From an uncultured Chthonomonadaceae bacterium (lineage in GTDB: Bacteria; Armatimonadota; Chthonomonadetes; Chthonomonadales; Chthonomonadaceae): 64,000 bases of DNA. The stretch is from the NCBI GenBank assembly GCA_963817895.1, contig CAWFQB010000002.1:416001-480000 (forward strand), read 5' to 3'. The notes beneath the pieces were generated by a model. It had not been told where the DNA came from, did not search any database, and worked only from the letters and a program-made list of their open reading frames with translations. Below, piece after piece: positions 52,684 to 62,057 of this stretch (positions within the stretch are counted from its first letter, which is position 1; every line of letters starts with the position of its first letter). The translations under genes were made by a program, and so were the position numbers.

Positions 52684-53826
52684 ATGAAAATTCTTTACCG
52701 CTATATGTGGGGCGAGATGTTCGTGCCGTTTCTGATCGGGCTGGCCGGCGTCGTGATGATGCTGACCGGCTCGGTGCTGTACAACAACGCCGACACGTTT
52801 CTGCAAAACCAGATTCCGATATGGGAAGTGGTCCGGCTCGCGCTGTATTTCGTGCCGTTCCTCATCAACATGACGATGCCCGTCGGCATGGCGATGGCCG
52901 CGTCGCTTGCCGTCAGCCGCATGGCCCGCGACTCGGAAATCACGGTTTTGCGCGCGTCCGGGGCCAGTCTGGTTCGCATCTTCATGCCGATTTTCGTGAC
53001 GGGCGCGATCGTCAGCGTGGCGGATTTTTACTGGGGCGAGTACGTGGTTCCCGCCGCGTTCACGCGCTTCAGCGCCATTATGAACGACCTGCCCATGCAC
53101 CTTAAATCGTTCACGCCGCCGAGCGGGGAGTACATCGTTTCGCCCGACCAAAGCTACGTGATCGGCGTTCGCAATATGGTTCCGAAGCCGGGATACATTG
53201 AACTGCGCGGTGTTCACATTGATTCGGGCTTCCGTTCCTTGAACGCGGCGGAAGCGCAGCCGTTCGTGCTATCGGCGGACAAGGGGCGTTACCAATCGGG
53301 CGACTGGATACTGGAAGACGCGCAAATTTATACGTACAGCGTAAAGGATTCGCGCGCCTGGTCGCGGGGCAGCGCGCATCGCGTCACCAAACACATCAAC
53401 GTAGACCCGCAATCCTTTTCCAGCAACTTTGTCTTGCAGTTGCCGATGGGCAAGATGGCGGGCAGTTCCACCAAAACGTTTGCCCAGTTAGGCGAGGAGA
53501 TACGCGCCAACCGCCGTATCGGAAGCGTGGATGTGTCGGCGGAACTGGACTATCACTTCAAGCTCTCCGTGCCGTTTTCGTGCATGGTCATGGCCCTGTG
53601 CTGTCCGCCAATGGCGCTGCGCTTCGCGAAGGGCGGCGGCTTCATGGGAACCCTGCTGTCTATCTGCCTGGTCTTCGTCTACTGGAACACGATGCTGCTC
53701 GCCCGCATGTTAGGTACCCCCACTCCGGGCAGCCCCCACGCCCTCGTCCCCCCTCACATCGCCGCCTGGTCACAAAACGTTCTATTCGTCGTTCTGGGTA
53801 TTATCGTGTTGAAGAAGAGTGAGTAG
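52684..53826 (+). CDS. LptF/LptG family permease
   Basis: KILYRY, RMARDSEITVLRASG.S, K..VPFSC, AAW..N; 3+3 TM layout. Confidence 0.9.
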   Translation: MKILYRYMWGEMFVPFLIGLAGVVMMLTGSVLYNNADTFLQNQIPIWEVVRLALYFVPFLINMTMPVGMAMAASLAVSRMARDSEITVLRASGASLVRIFMPIFVTGAIVSVADFYWGEYVVPAAFTRFSAIMNDLPMHLKSFTPPSGEYIVSPDQSYVIGVRNMVPKPGYIELRGVHIDSGFRSLNAAEAQPFVLSADKGRYQSGDWILEDAQIYTYSVKDSRAWSRGSAHRVTKHINVDPQSFSSNFVLQLPMGKMAGSSTKTFAQLGEEIRANRRIGSVDVSAELDYHFKLSVPFSCMVMALCCPPMALRFAKGGGFMGTLLSICLVFVYWNTMLLARMLGTPTPGSPHALVPPHIAAWSQNVLFVVLGIIVLKKSE

Positions 53827-53832
53827 GAAGGG

Positions 53833-53984
53833 AGGTAGATAGGTAGATGGTAGATAGGTAGTCGGTAGCTGATGATTACAACATTGCTTTATCACGGGCA
53901 GCATGATAGCACAAACCACTGTAGAAGCGATCAAGATGACAGCGCTTTTCTACCTATCTACCATCTACTTTTCTACCCATCTAC
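53833..53984. repeat. Paired inverted tandem repeats, family B
   Basis: GGTAGATAGGTAGATGGTAGATAGGTAG / CTACCTATCTACCATCTAC. Confidence 0.88.
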
Positions 53985-54144
53985 TTTTTTTATGGTAAAC
54001 CTTCCGGTTGTTGTGGAATAACGTAGTTGTAACCGTAAAAAAGCGCCGGAGCCGGAAAAATCAACGGCATGCGCGACGGATACAAGAACGTAAATTACCG
54101 AACAACGCCCTCTTAATAATAAGAGTGATAAGGAACCACAACAA

Positions 54145-54381
54145 ATGAATAGCCAGGCCTCACATACGTCCGAAGCCGTGCGTTTGACCAAGCGCGAATT
54201 AGAAATTTTAGCATTGATTGTGGAAGGACACTCCAGCAAGCAGGTGGCGGATATGCTGTTTGTCAGCAAGCGCACGGTGGACTTTCACCTGGATAATATC
54301 TATGAGAAACTGCATGTGACCAACCGGATGCAGGCCATGCAGCGCGCCAGCCGCCTCGGATTGTTGCAGTTCGCCGCGTAA
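54145..54381 (+). CDS. Stand-alone LuxR/GerE-type HTH regulator
   Basis: LTKRELEIL.L..EG.SSKQVA..LFVSKRTVDFHL.NIYEKL. Confidence 0.92.
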   Translation: MNSQASHTSEAVRLTKRELEILALIVEGHSSKQVADMLFVSKRTVDFHLDNIYEKLHVTNRMQAMQRASRLGLLQFAA

Positions 54382-54436
54382 CGCAATATAACGTTCGCTA
54401 CAGTTAGTGCTAAAGTGAATAGTATAGTGAATTATT

Positions 54437-54478
54437 ACAGGCCGTTCGCCGCTTTTTCAAAAGCGGCGAACGGCCTGT
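54437..54478. terminator. Long hairpin, probable bidirectional terminator
   Basis: ACAGGCCGTTCGCCGCTTT...AAAGCGGCGAACGGCCTGT between convergent genes. Confidence 0.7.
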
Positions 54479-54492
54479 TTACATGTTATGGA

Positions 54493-55170
54493 TTATTCTT
54501 CTGTGAGCGCGAGCAACTGCTCCACGAATTTCGCCTGTTCCGTACCCTCTTTGCCTTTGAGCCACTCTTCAAAAAGCCGGCGGCTTTCCACCCGCAGAAT
54601 GTCGCCGATGATTTGCGGATTGGCGCTTTCCGGACTTTGGGGCGGGCGGACGCGCTGTGTGCCGTTGTCGGCGGGCGCTTTCATTCCGAACAGCACGAGG
54701 GCGACGCCCGCTTCCATCGCCGCGCCCAGACACATCACGCACGGCTCCAGAGTGGATACCAGAATTACGTCTTTACTGTCGAGCGGAATCGCGGGTTCCC
54801 CCCTGCCATTGCCCGCCGCGCTTTGAAAGGCCATGATTTCGGCATGTGCGATCTTGCTTTGCAGGCCGTTCATCCGATTGTGTCCCCGCGCCACAATCTC
54901 GACTTCGTGATACTCTTCGTTTTGCGCTTCCGGTTCCTGCGCTTTGGAGTTTTGTTCTTGCTGCTCTTGACCCGCCTCCGCATTTTCTGTATTTTGCCGG
55001 TTGATTGCATTGCTGACCGGGCGGGCGATGATGCAGCCGATGGGCGCTTCCCCCTCCGCCACGCCCCGTATCGCCTCTGCCAGCGCTTCGCGCATCAAGT
55101 ATTCCTGCTGCTGCCGGGTCAGACGGGGCGCGCTTGCTCTGGGCTTTTCTTCCTCTGGTTCCATTGCCAT
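54493..55170 (-). CDS. Nucleoside deaminase (TadA-like)
   Basis: GEAPIG, HAE, TLEPCVMC; low-complexity insertion. Confidence 0.88.
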   Translation of the reverse strand: MAMEPEEEKPRASAPRLTRQQQEYLMREALAEAIRGVAEGEAPIGCIIARPVSNAINRQNTENAEAGQEQQEQNSKAQEPEAQNEEYHEVEIVARGHNRMNGLQSKIAHAEIMAFQSAAGNGRGEPAIPLDSKDVILVSTLEPCVMCLGAAMEAGVALVLFGMKAPADNGTQRVRPPQSPESANPQIIGDILRVESRRLFEEWLKGKEGTEQAKFVEQLLALTEE

Positions 55171-55172
55171 GC

Positions 55173-56290
55173 CTATTTGCCCCCTGCCGGATGGTAGCCC
55201 GCTTTGAGGGCGTCTTTTTCGGGCATGTATTTGCCCTCTTTGGTTTTGCCGTAGTATTGTGTGCCGGGTTTCCAGTACGCGCCGCTGCGCGTGTTCACCC
55301 ATACCTGATTTTTCGTGCCGCTGATTGGCGTTCCAAAACTGCCCCCGGTCACGTCGAAACTGCCGCGCTTCACCTTGCGGCTGTGTCGTGCCGCGCCAAA
55401 ACCGGCAACGCCCGTAAAAGAGCTTCCCGCCGCGCCCGCATCGCGTTTCTGGCGCAAAGCCTGCGCGGTTGCGGATGGCAGCGCGGTGAAAAAATGCAGA
55501 CTTGTCGCCTGCTCCAATTCTCCGGCGGTGACAATGTAGCGGCTCCACATTTGTTTGGAAACGGTATTGACGTTAGGCATTTTCACGGCGATGACGCGCG
55601 TTTGCGAGGTGATACGCCCTTTATCATTGCCTGTCTTGTCGGGAATGACCACAACCACTTTCCAGCCGAAATCGGGAACCGCGATCCCCACTTTGCCAAT
55701 CGTCTGATGCGTCGGCGCAGAAAACCCGTGTCCGCATACGATATACAACTCGTTGCCCTTTTTCGTCAGATCGCGGCAATACGTTTCCAATTGTTCCCAC
55801 GGGCCGGCGTTCAGTGCCGTGCGCCTGCGGCGTCATGTTGGTCATCAGGAACACGGCGTCGTTGTTCTGCGCGCGTGTCGCTGCGGTCAGCGGACGGGCA
55901 ATTGTGGCCCCGGTCATAGCCGCTGTTCGTATAATCTCCGGGCGTGACAACCGTAAAGCCGGACGGCAGGGACGTGTCAGGCACAAACTGCCCCCGACCC
56001 GTGGAACCCACATCCCCGGCATTGAGATGCCACGCCACCCAGTTGGGAAACCGGAGCGTGTTGTTGTAGGAGAGCGCGTACTGCGGGCGTTGAATCAGAA
56101 AGTGATCGCGGTTGGAAGGCGAAGCGGAGGCGGAATCCGGCAGTCCCAACAGCGGCTGCGCCGGTGTCACGTAATCCGCGCCCGCGAACGAACCCGCTCC
56201 CAACCCCAACGCCAGCATCAATCCGGCAGCAGGCAGAACACGCCGCAGTGAACCCTGCAAAAACGAACGTCGCAACATCATACGCTTCAT
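55173..56290 (-). CDS. Secreted DNA/RNA non-specific endonuclease (NucA-like), frameshift ~55820
   Basis: RRSFL Tat-like signal; PNWVAW.L, YDRGHNCPSADR, MTNMTPQ. Confidence 0.9.
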
Positions 56291-56311
56291 AGGTCACTCC
56301 CAAAGAAAATG

Positions 56312-56412
56312 TTGTCTTGAACCCTGATTTTTCATGATAGGGATGATTACCATAATGAAGACCGGTCTAATCCTGTTAATCCCTTAATCCTGTAAATCCG
56401 GGTTCAAAACAA
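56312..56412. repeat. Paired inverted repeat, family H
   Basis: TTGTCTTGAACCCTGATT... / AATCC units...GGTTCAAAACAA. Confidence 0.8.
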
Positions 56413-56426
56413 TCTGTAGACAAACA

Positions 56427-57239
56427 TTACGAGGCGGCTCCGGCGTACCAGTCCAGCATCGTATCGGGCTGCATCCTCGCGCCCGTGTATTGCAGGAACA
56501 ACGCTTCCCACGAAAGCCCCTGTGCCGCCGCTTCCGCCTGAAATTCCGCAACGGTTCCTTCGCGCTGAATACGCCCCTCGCGCAGTATGGCGATGCGGTC
56601 ATATAAACGCGCGGCCATTTCCAGCAGATGCGACGTGAAGAAAACCGTCACGCCCTGTTGTGTGGTAAGGCGTTTCAGTAATCCGCAAAGGGTATGGGTG
56701 GAAGCCGCGTCTACTCCGTTGAAGGGTTCATCCAGAAATAAGACGCGGGGCGCGTGAATCAGGGCGGCGGCGAAGGCGGTCTTTTTCTGCATACCGAGCG
56801 AGTATTCGTGTATGGGACGCCGCGCCGAATTCGTCAGTTCCAGGCGTTCCAACAGATCGGCGGCGCGGCGACGCGCTTCCCCGCCGCTCAATCCGTGCAT
56901 CTGCCCCGCAAATTCCAGAAATTCCTGCCCCGTCAGCCGCTCGTAAAGCGCGACATCTTCAGAAACCACCCCGATATGACGCCGAACTCCGATGGGGTTG
57001 CGAATCACGTCTACGCCCGCCACCCGAATCTCGCCCCGCGTGGGCGGCGCGAACCCGCACAACGCCCGAATCGCGGTAGATTTACCCGCGCCGTTTTGCC
57101 CCAGGAACCCGAAGAACTCGCCGGGGCGCAGTTGCAGTTCCAGACCATCCAGAACCACGCGCTGCCCGTACGTATGCGTGACCTGCCGCGCTGATACGCT
57201 GAGTTCGTCCATTGTTATGTTCATAGTGATATTCACCAT
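56427..57239 (-). CDS. ABC transporter ATP-binding protein
   Basis: GQNGAGKST, YSLGM, LFLDEP, TSH. Confidence 0.93.
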   Translation of the reverse strand: MVNITMNITMDELSVSARQVTHTYGQRVVLDGLELQLRPGEFFGFLGQNGAGKSTAIRALCGFAPPTRGEIRVAGVDVIRNPIGVRRHIGVVSEDVALYERLTGQEFLEFAGQMHGLSGGEARRRAADLLERLELTNSARRPIHEYSLGMQKKTAFAAALIHAPRVLFLDEPFNGVDAASTHTLCGLLKRLTTQQGVTVFFTSHLLEMAARLYDRIAILREGRIQREGTVAEFQAEAAAQGLSWEALFLQYTGARMQPDTMLDWYAGAAS

Positions 57240-57252
57240 TGTTATTGAGAAT

Positions 57253-58935
57253 TCATTCCCCAAAACCGTCCAACGCGGCAATTATTTTATACTCGCGTTT
57301 CGCCAGCAGAACGCTCGTTCCGTACACGGACAGCCCAGTCAATCCTGCCACGTAACTGATCGCGCCCATCACGCCAACCCATTCAAAGGGTTGTTCAAAG
57401 GAAAGCAACCGGCCAACGGGAACAAGCAGCAGAACGGCAAGGCATCCGACAGCAATGTAACCTGCGGAAAGCGCTTCGGGCGGCTCTATGCCTTTGCGCT
57501 TGCCGGATGGCGCAATGGCGAAGGGGCGCAGAATGGAAACTACATTTCCGAGCGACATGAGAACCATCAAAATCAGCGGCAGCCACAGCATAAAGCGGGG
57601 AATGTGGCCCGGAAACCCCGCTACCACGCACAATCCGGCAATGGCAGGGCTATCCAGACAAAGGAGGAGCAGCAACAGCGCGACATTTTTGCCGAACAGC
57701 AGCGTTCGGCGCGGAACGGAAAAGCCGAACAGCAGCGCGCCTGTTCCGGCCTCATTGCCGAAGCGGTTGCACAGCAATTGCATCTGCCACAATACGTTGT
57801 ACAGCAACGCGCCCACGCCGAGAAACTCTTTCACGTTGTACACGGGGTTGCGGCTCATGTCCGGCGACAAAAACGCGAACACGCACAGCAGCAGGACACT
57901 GGCGGGTTTGCGCAGGCGCAAATAGTTGTGGGGCGCGCGCAGCAGCAATCGCCATTCGGTCACTACAACGTACAACCATTGTGAGCGTATTCCGGCACGG
58001 GATTGCGATCTGGTCTGTATTTCGAGACTTCGTTGTTGGCGCAGGGGTTCTGCCTGCGCTTTCCGTCATAGAAGCATTTGCCCCACGTAATGCCAGCAAT
58101 GCGCCGCTTCCGGTTAAACCGAGACAAACAATTAGCTGGCTCAACGCCCCGGCCAGTCCGCCCGCATCCGCGTTGCGCGTACAGGTTACGGCGTGAGCGG
58201 CCATAGTGGAGGGCAGAAGCGGGGCAAACAGGGTTGGGGACACAGACGGCGCAGCCAATGGCGTAAGCCGAACTTCTGATACTGTCGCGCTGGTCAGGGA
58301 CGCGAACGCGGGCGGCATCCCCACGCACAGGCCAAGCAGCAGGAACACGGTCAAGGCGGGAATATCCGCCCATCGCCGCAGCCGACGCGCCCCCCAACTT
58401 CCAAAATAGATCAGGCGGCGCGCCAGCAGGCCGGTTTGAATACGCAAAGCAGTCCAAACGCGACCATAACAACGCTTGCCTGCGCCCATTGCCCACCGGC
58501 AAGCAGGCGCGCGACGAGTGGCAGGGTGAGCAGCAGGGCCAGAACAGGGCCGGAATATCCACCAATCCAGCCAGAATTTCTGAGGCCAGTATTTGAAGCG
58601 GGCGCAGGGCAAAGGGGCGCAGAACCGCAGACGGCGGCGCGTAATTCAGCAGCGACACAACGCCGGGAAGCAATAGCGCCGACAACCACAACGCCTGCAT
58701 CAGCAGCCACGCCTGCCGCAACGCCGCTTCCGCCTCGCCAATGGGCAGGAGTGTCCATTGCGCGGCCAGCACGGTTGCCGCGTCCCAACGCCGCCAATGC
58801 CAGCGCGATTGCCATGAGCAGCGTCCACAGCACGGGCGTCGGCGACTGCGCGAACTGGTTGCGGGCCGCCTGAAAGCGCAGGCGCAGCAGAACCCCAACC
58901 GGCTTCCAGAACAACATGCTTATTCTCATTTTCAC
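57253..58935 (-). CDS. ABC-2 type permease, multiple frameshifts
   Basis: Hydrophobic ORF pieces; EWRLLLR, NRFG.E, LL.GKN; upstream of ATPase. Confidence 0.7.
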
Positions 58936-58960
58936 AAGTTATACCATTGTATATCAGGGT

Positions 58961-59060
58961 ACTCCCCTTCCCCCAGGTTGCGCATTTCTGCTTCGCTTTG
59001 AAATGCGCTTTTGTGGAGAAGGGGTATGTCCACAAGTGGACGCCATCCATTGAGGACTAC
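58961..59060. repeat. ~100-bp structured dispersed repeat, copy 2
   Basis: Reverse complement of 1059-1158 with substitutions. Confidence 0.9.
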
Positions 59061-59188
59061 TCTTCGCAAAGCGGGCGTGTAATACCTCGCTTACGGAACC
59101 TATCGAACCTGCGTTTCAAAAAACACAAGATGCTCAACCCCAATAAGAGTTGAGCATCTTGTGTTTGGTAGCGGTTGAAGAGAATGAA

Positions 59189-60085
59189 CTATTGCTTCCA
59201 GCCGCCGCCGACTTCTGTACCCGTAGTCATCGGCTGCTGTATGCTGCCGCCCGTATCCGGGTGGGGTTCGGCGTCCATCAGGGATTTGTGCGTCACTTTC
59301 GCCATCATGTGTTCGGTCAGGCCGGGGAACAGGTTGTGCATCATGGTGAAGCCGGGACCGCCCGCGCCTCCGACAGCAACCTCGTCTTTGGGATCGCTGA
59401 CAAGGCTTACAAGCGCGTCTATCACCTGTTCCGGCTCGTAAACCGGTGGAATGGGAACCACCTGATGGCCGGTATAGTCCGCCGCGTGTTCAAAGAACGG
59501 CGTGTCCATCGAAGTGGGAAACACGGTGCAAACGCGGATGTTTTCGATCTTGTTCACATCGAGTTCCTGCCGCAGTGCCGCGCTCAGGCCGACAACGCCA
59601 TGCTTGGCGGCGGCATACGAGGCGAAGTAGGGCGCGGGAACTTTGCCGATGACGGATGCGACGTTGATAAGAGTTCCGCTCCCCTGCGCATAGAATTGCC
59701 GCATGGCGAAGTAGCTGCCGTAGATTGTGCCGAGCAGGTCGGTTTCAATCACCTGCACATGCTTGTCGAGCGGAACCTCCTCAAAGCGCCCAATCGCGCC
59801 CCCGCCCGCGTCGTTGATCCACACATCAATGCGCCCGAACGTGGAAAGCGCGGTCTGCGCCAGTTGCTCCACATCCGCCTGCTTGCTGACATCGGTTGGC
59901 GCGGCAATCGCCCGCCCGCCCTGCGCCTCGCACTGCCGCGCCAGTTCTTCCAGCAGGTTGTCGCGCCGGGCCGCCAGTACCAGATGCGCGCCCTTGCCCG
60001 CCAACTGCAACGCGGTTCCCTTGCCGAACCCGCTGGACGCGCCCGTAATCACAACTACCTTGCCGTTTACATCGTTATGTGCCAT
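59189..60085 (-). CDS. SDR family oxidoreductase
   Basis: TGASSGFG, INDAG, YAAAK. Confidence 0.94.
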   Translation of the reverse strand: MAHNDVNGKVVVITGASSGFGKGTALQLAGKGAHLVLAARRDNLLEELARQCEAQGGRAIAAPTDVSKQADVEQLAQTALSTFGRIDVWINDAGGGAIGRFEEVPLDKHVQVIETDLLGTIYGSYFAMRQFYAQGSGTLINVASVIGKVPAPYFASYAAAKHGVVGLSAALRQELDVNKIENIRVCTVFPTSMDTPFFEHAADYTGHQVVPIPPVYEPEQVIDALVSLVSDPKDEVAVGGAGGPGFTMMHNLFPGLTEHMMAKVTHKSLMDAEPHPDTGGSIQQPMTTGTEVGGGWKQ

Positions 60086-60233
60086 GATGCTTACTTGTGT
60101 CTCCCTGTCTTGCCATCTGCCGTTTACACGCTGCCGCGCCTGCCGCTTTGGGAACAATGGCGCGTAAACTTCCTTCTTGTTTACAACGGGCGTGGCGCAA
60201 AGTTCCTGTGAAACGTCAGAAAGGGGCAGATAT

Positions 60234-60785
60234 ATGCCATTCGATTACGCTCTAGATTTCCACACAACCGACTTCCGCGCGCACCCGGAACTGTATCGCA
60301 TAGGCAGGGGCGAACAGGGCGTGTTGTCGGTGCAGCCATATAAAGCGGAGATACTGCCCTACTGGCGGTTTGCGACGGTTGAAGCGGCGCAGGCGTCGGC
60401 GGAGAAGATATACGCGCTGTTCGAGGAATACAAAGAGAAAGAGGATTTTGTGGGCATGGACATGGCGCGCAAGTTTTTGCAGATGGGCTATACCCGCGCC
60501 CGCCGCTATGCCAATCATCCGAGCGGGCGCAAATACGAACATAAGGCTGAGGGTTCCGACTCAGCGCGGCAGGAAATGGATTCGCCCGCCGCTCCCGTTC
60601 TGCGCCCGCCCCATTCAGCAGAGCATCCTCACGCGGACGAGGAAGTTTTGCCACAGGCGGCGGATTGGGCGACGAGTGAAAAGGCGCAGGCCGCGCGGAT
60701 ATTCTACGGCTACTATGAGCAAGCCAAAGACGACCCCGAATACGTCCGGCTCAAGCAGCGCCATATCGAACTATATGGCAAATAG
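60234..60785 (+). CDS. DUF4385 family protein
   Basis: YRIGRGEQGVL..PYK..ILP.WRF, DFVGMDMARKFLQMGYTRARRYANH. Confidence 0.9.
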   Translation: MPFDYALDFHTTDFRAHPELYRIGRGEQGVLSVQPYKAEILPYWRFATVEAAQASAEKIYALFEEYKEKEDFVGMDMARKFLQMGYTRARRYANHPSGRKYEHKAEGSDSARQEMDSPAAPVLRPPHSAEHPHADEEVLPQAADWATSEKAQAARIFYGYYEQAKDDPEYVRLKQRHIELYGK

Positions 60786-60861
60786 AATGGCAGTTAGCAA
60801 TGTGGATGGACGGGGCTACGGTCTTAAATTTTGAGGCGGCAATGGGTATATCGGAGCGGCG

Positions 60862-61290
60862 TTACTCGCCTGCGGGCGTGTTGTCGAGCCAGCGTCCGAT
60901 GATGCGGGCAAGGCCCTGCGGCTGCGGGCGAAAACCGAGTTTGTCATAAAATGCCAGCGTGTCGTCATCGGATTGCAGATACACATGCTGTCCCGGCAAG
61001 TCGTTCAACAGCAGGGTAATCATCTGCGCGGCAATCCCCCGTCTGCGGTACGCGCTTTGTGTCCATACATCCACAAGATAGGCGTTGCACACGCCATCCG
61101 ACAGAACCCGCGCCTTGCCGATAATGCGCCCCTCCGCCCACGCGAAGCAAAAACTGTGGCTGTTGGCGAAGGATTGGCGCAACTGCTCCCCGCTGCGTCC
61201 GTTGTCAAAATGGTCGGCGCGCAGGTCGGCTTTCAGGGTATCCCAATCAACGCTGTCCAATGCGCGCGTGTAAATGATTTCAGGTTCCAT
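60862..61290 (-). CDS. GNAT acetyltransferase
   Basis: ARVLSDG, DVW....RRRGIA, FYDKLGF. Confidence 0.9.
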   Translation of the reverse strand: MEPEIIYTRALDSVDWDTLKADLRADHFDNGRSGEQLRQSFANSHSFCFAWAEGRIIGKARVLSDGVCNAYLVDVWTQSAYRRRGIAAQMITLLLNDLPGQHVYLQSDDDTLAFYDKLGFRPQPQGLARIIGRWLDNTPAGE

Positions 61291-61622
61291 TGGCGGCAGA
61301 CTTCCTCAAAAGAAACCAGCGCGACACCGGCGTCCATGTCCGTCAGCGCCTGTTCTACAACCGTGATGCAGTCTTCGGCTTCCTCTCAGGGACTCTCGAA
61401 AAATTAAATTGTTCCACTTCGAGTCCGTGCAATGAATTGCGCGGCTGTGATAACAAAGTCCGCCTGCGCGGACTGGAACAGTTATTTTCGTGAAAGTCCC
61501 TTAGCGCCATTGTAACGACTTAGCAATCGCATCGCGATGAATTGACTGCGTTCCTCTTCCGGCAACGCAACAAACCGCGAGGCCACTTCATCCGGCAAAT
61601 CAATGGTGACTGTTAAACTCAT
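61290..61622 (-). pseudogene. Antitoxin-like small gene split by a MITE
   Basis: MSLTVTIDLPDE... upstream and ...EQALTDMDAGVALVSFEEV downstream of the 61389-61500 insert. Confidence 0.6.
61389..61500. mobile_element. 112-bp MITE-like element
   Basis: Terminal inverted repeats GGGACT(C/T)TC, flanks TCA/TTA, internal AGTCCGCCTGCGCGGACT palindrome. Confidence 0.65.
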
Positions 61623-61723
61623 GCTTCCTCTCCTGCAACAGACGAAAAGGGGAGCGCAGATAACTATGCGCCCCTTTATTATACACTGAAAGGCATTGCC
61701 TCAAACAGAAATAACAATGGGAA

Positions 61724-61805
61724 CGTGGGGTTCTGCTTGCTGAACCCTCTGTGTACAAGGGCGCAACCGTGTACAAAGCAAGGCGCAGCAAGCAGCGCCC
61801 CTACG
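61724..61805. repeat. REP doublet (GTAG/GTGG type)
   Basis: CGTGGGGTTCTGCTTGCTGAACCCT ... AGGCGCAGCAAGCAGCGCCCCTACG. Confidence 0.75.
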
Positions 61806-61831
61806 TAAACGTTCACTTTGACCGTGTATTA

Positions 61832-61935
61832 GGGACTCACATACGCCTCTATGCCTTCAGTCCGCGAAGGCGGACTTCGTTACCGGGCGTCCACCCGCAG
61901 GGAAGAACACAGCCGCGCAATAAATTGCGCGGCTG
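61832..61935. repeat. Relative of the 61389-61500 element
   Basis: GGGACT..CAGTCCGCGAAGGCGGACTTCGTTA..CACAGCCGCGCAATAAATTGCGCGG. Confidence 0.7.
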
Positions 61936-62057
61936 CTTGCTGTCAACTACTTGCCACCGGGAGAGGCTGGCTAGCCCTTTTCTGCTTGTTCCCACGCCGT
62001 CTGTAGCGTATAATAGGAGAGCCACTGCAACAGACTCCAGAAAGCCATTTTTGATTC

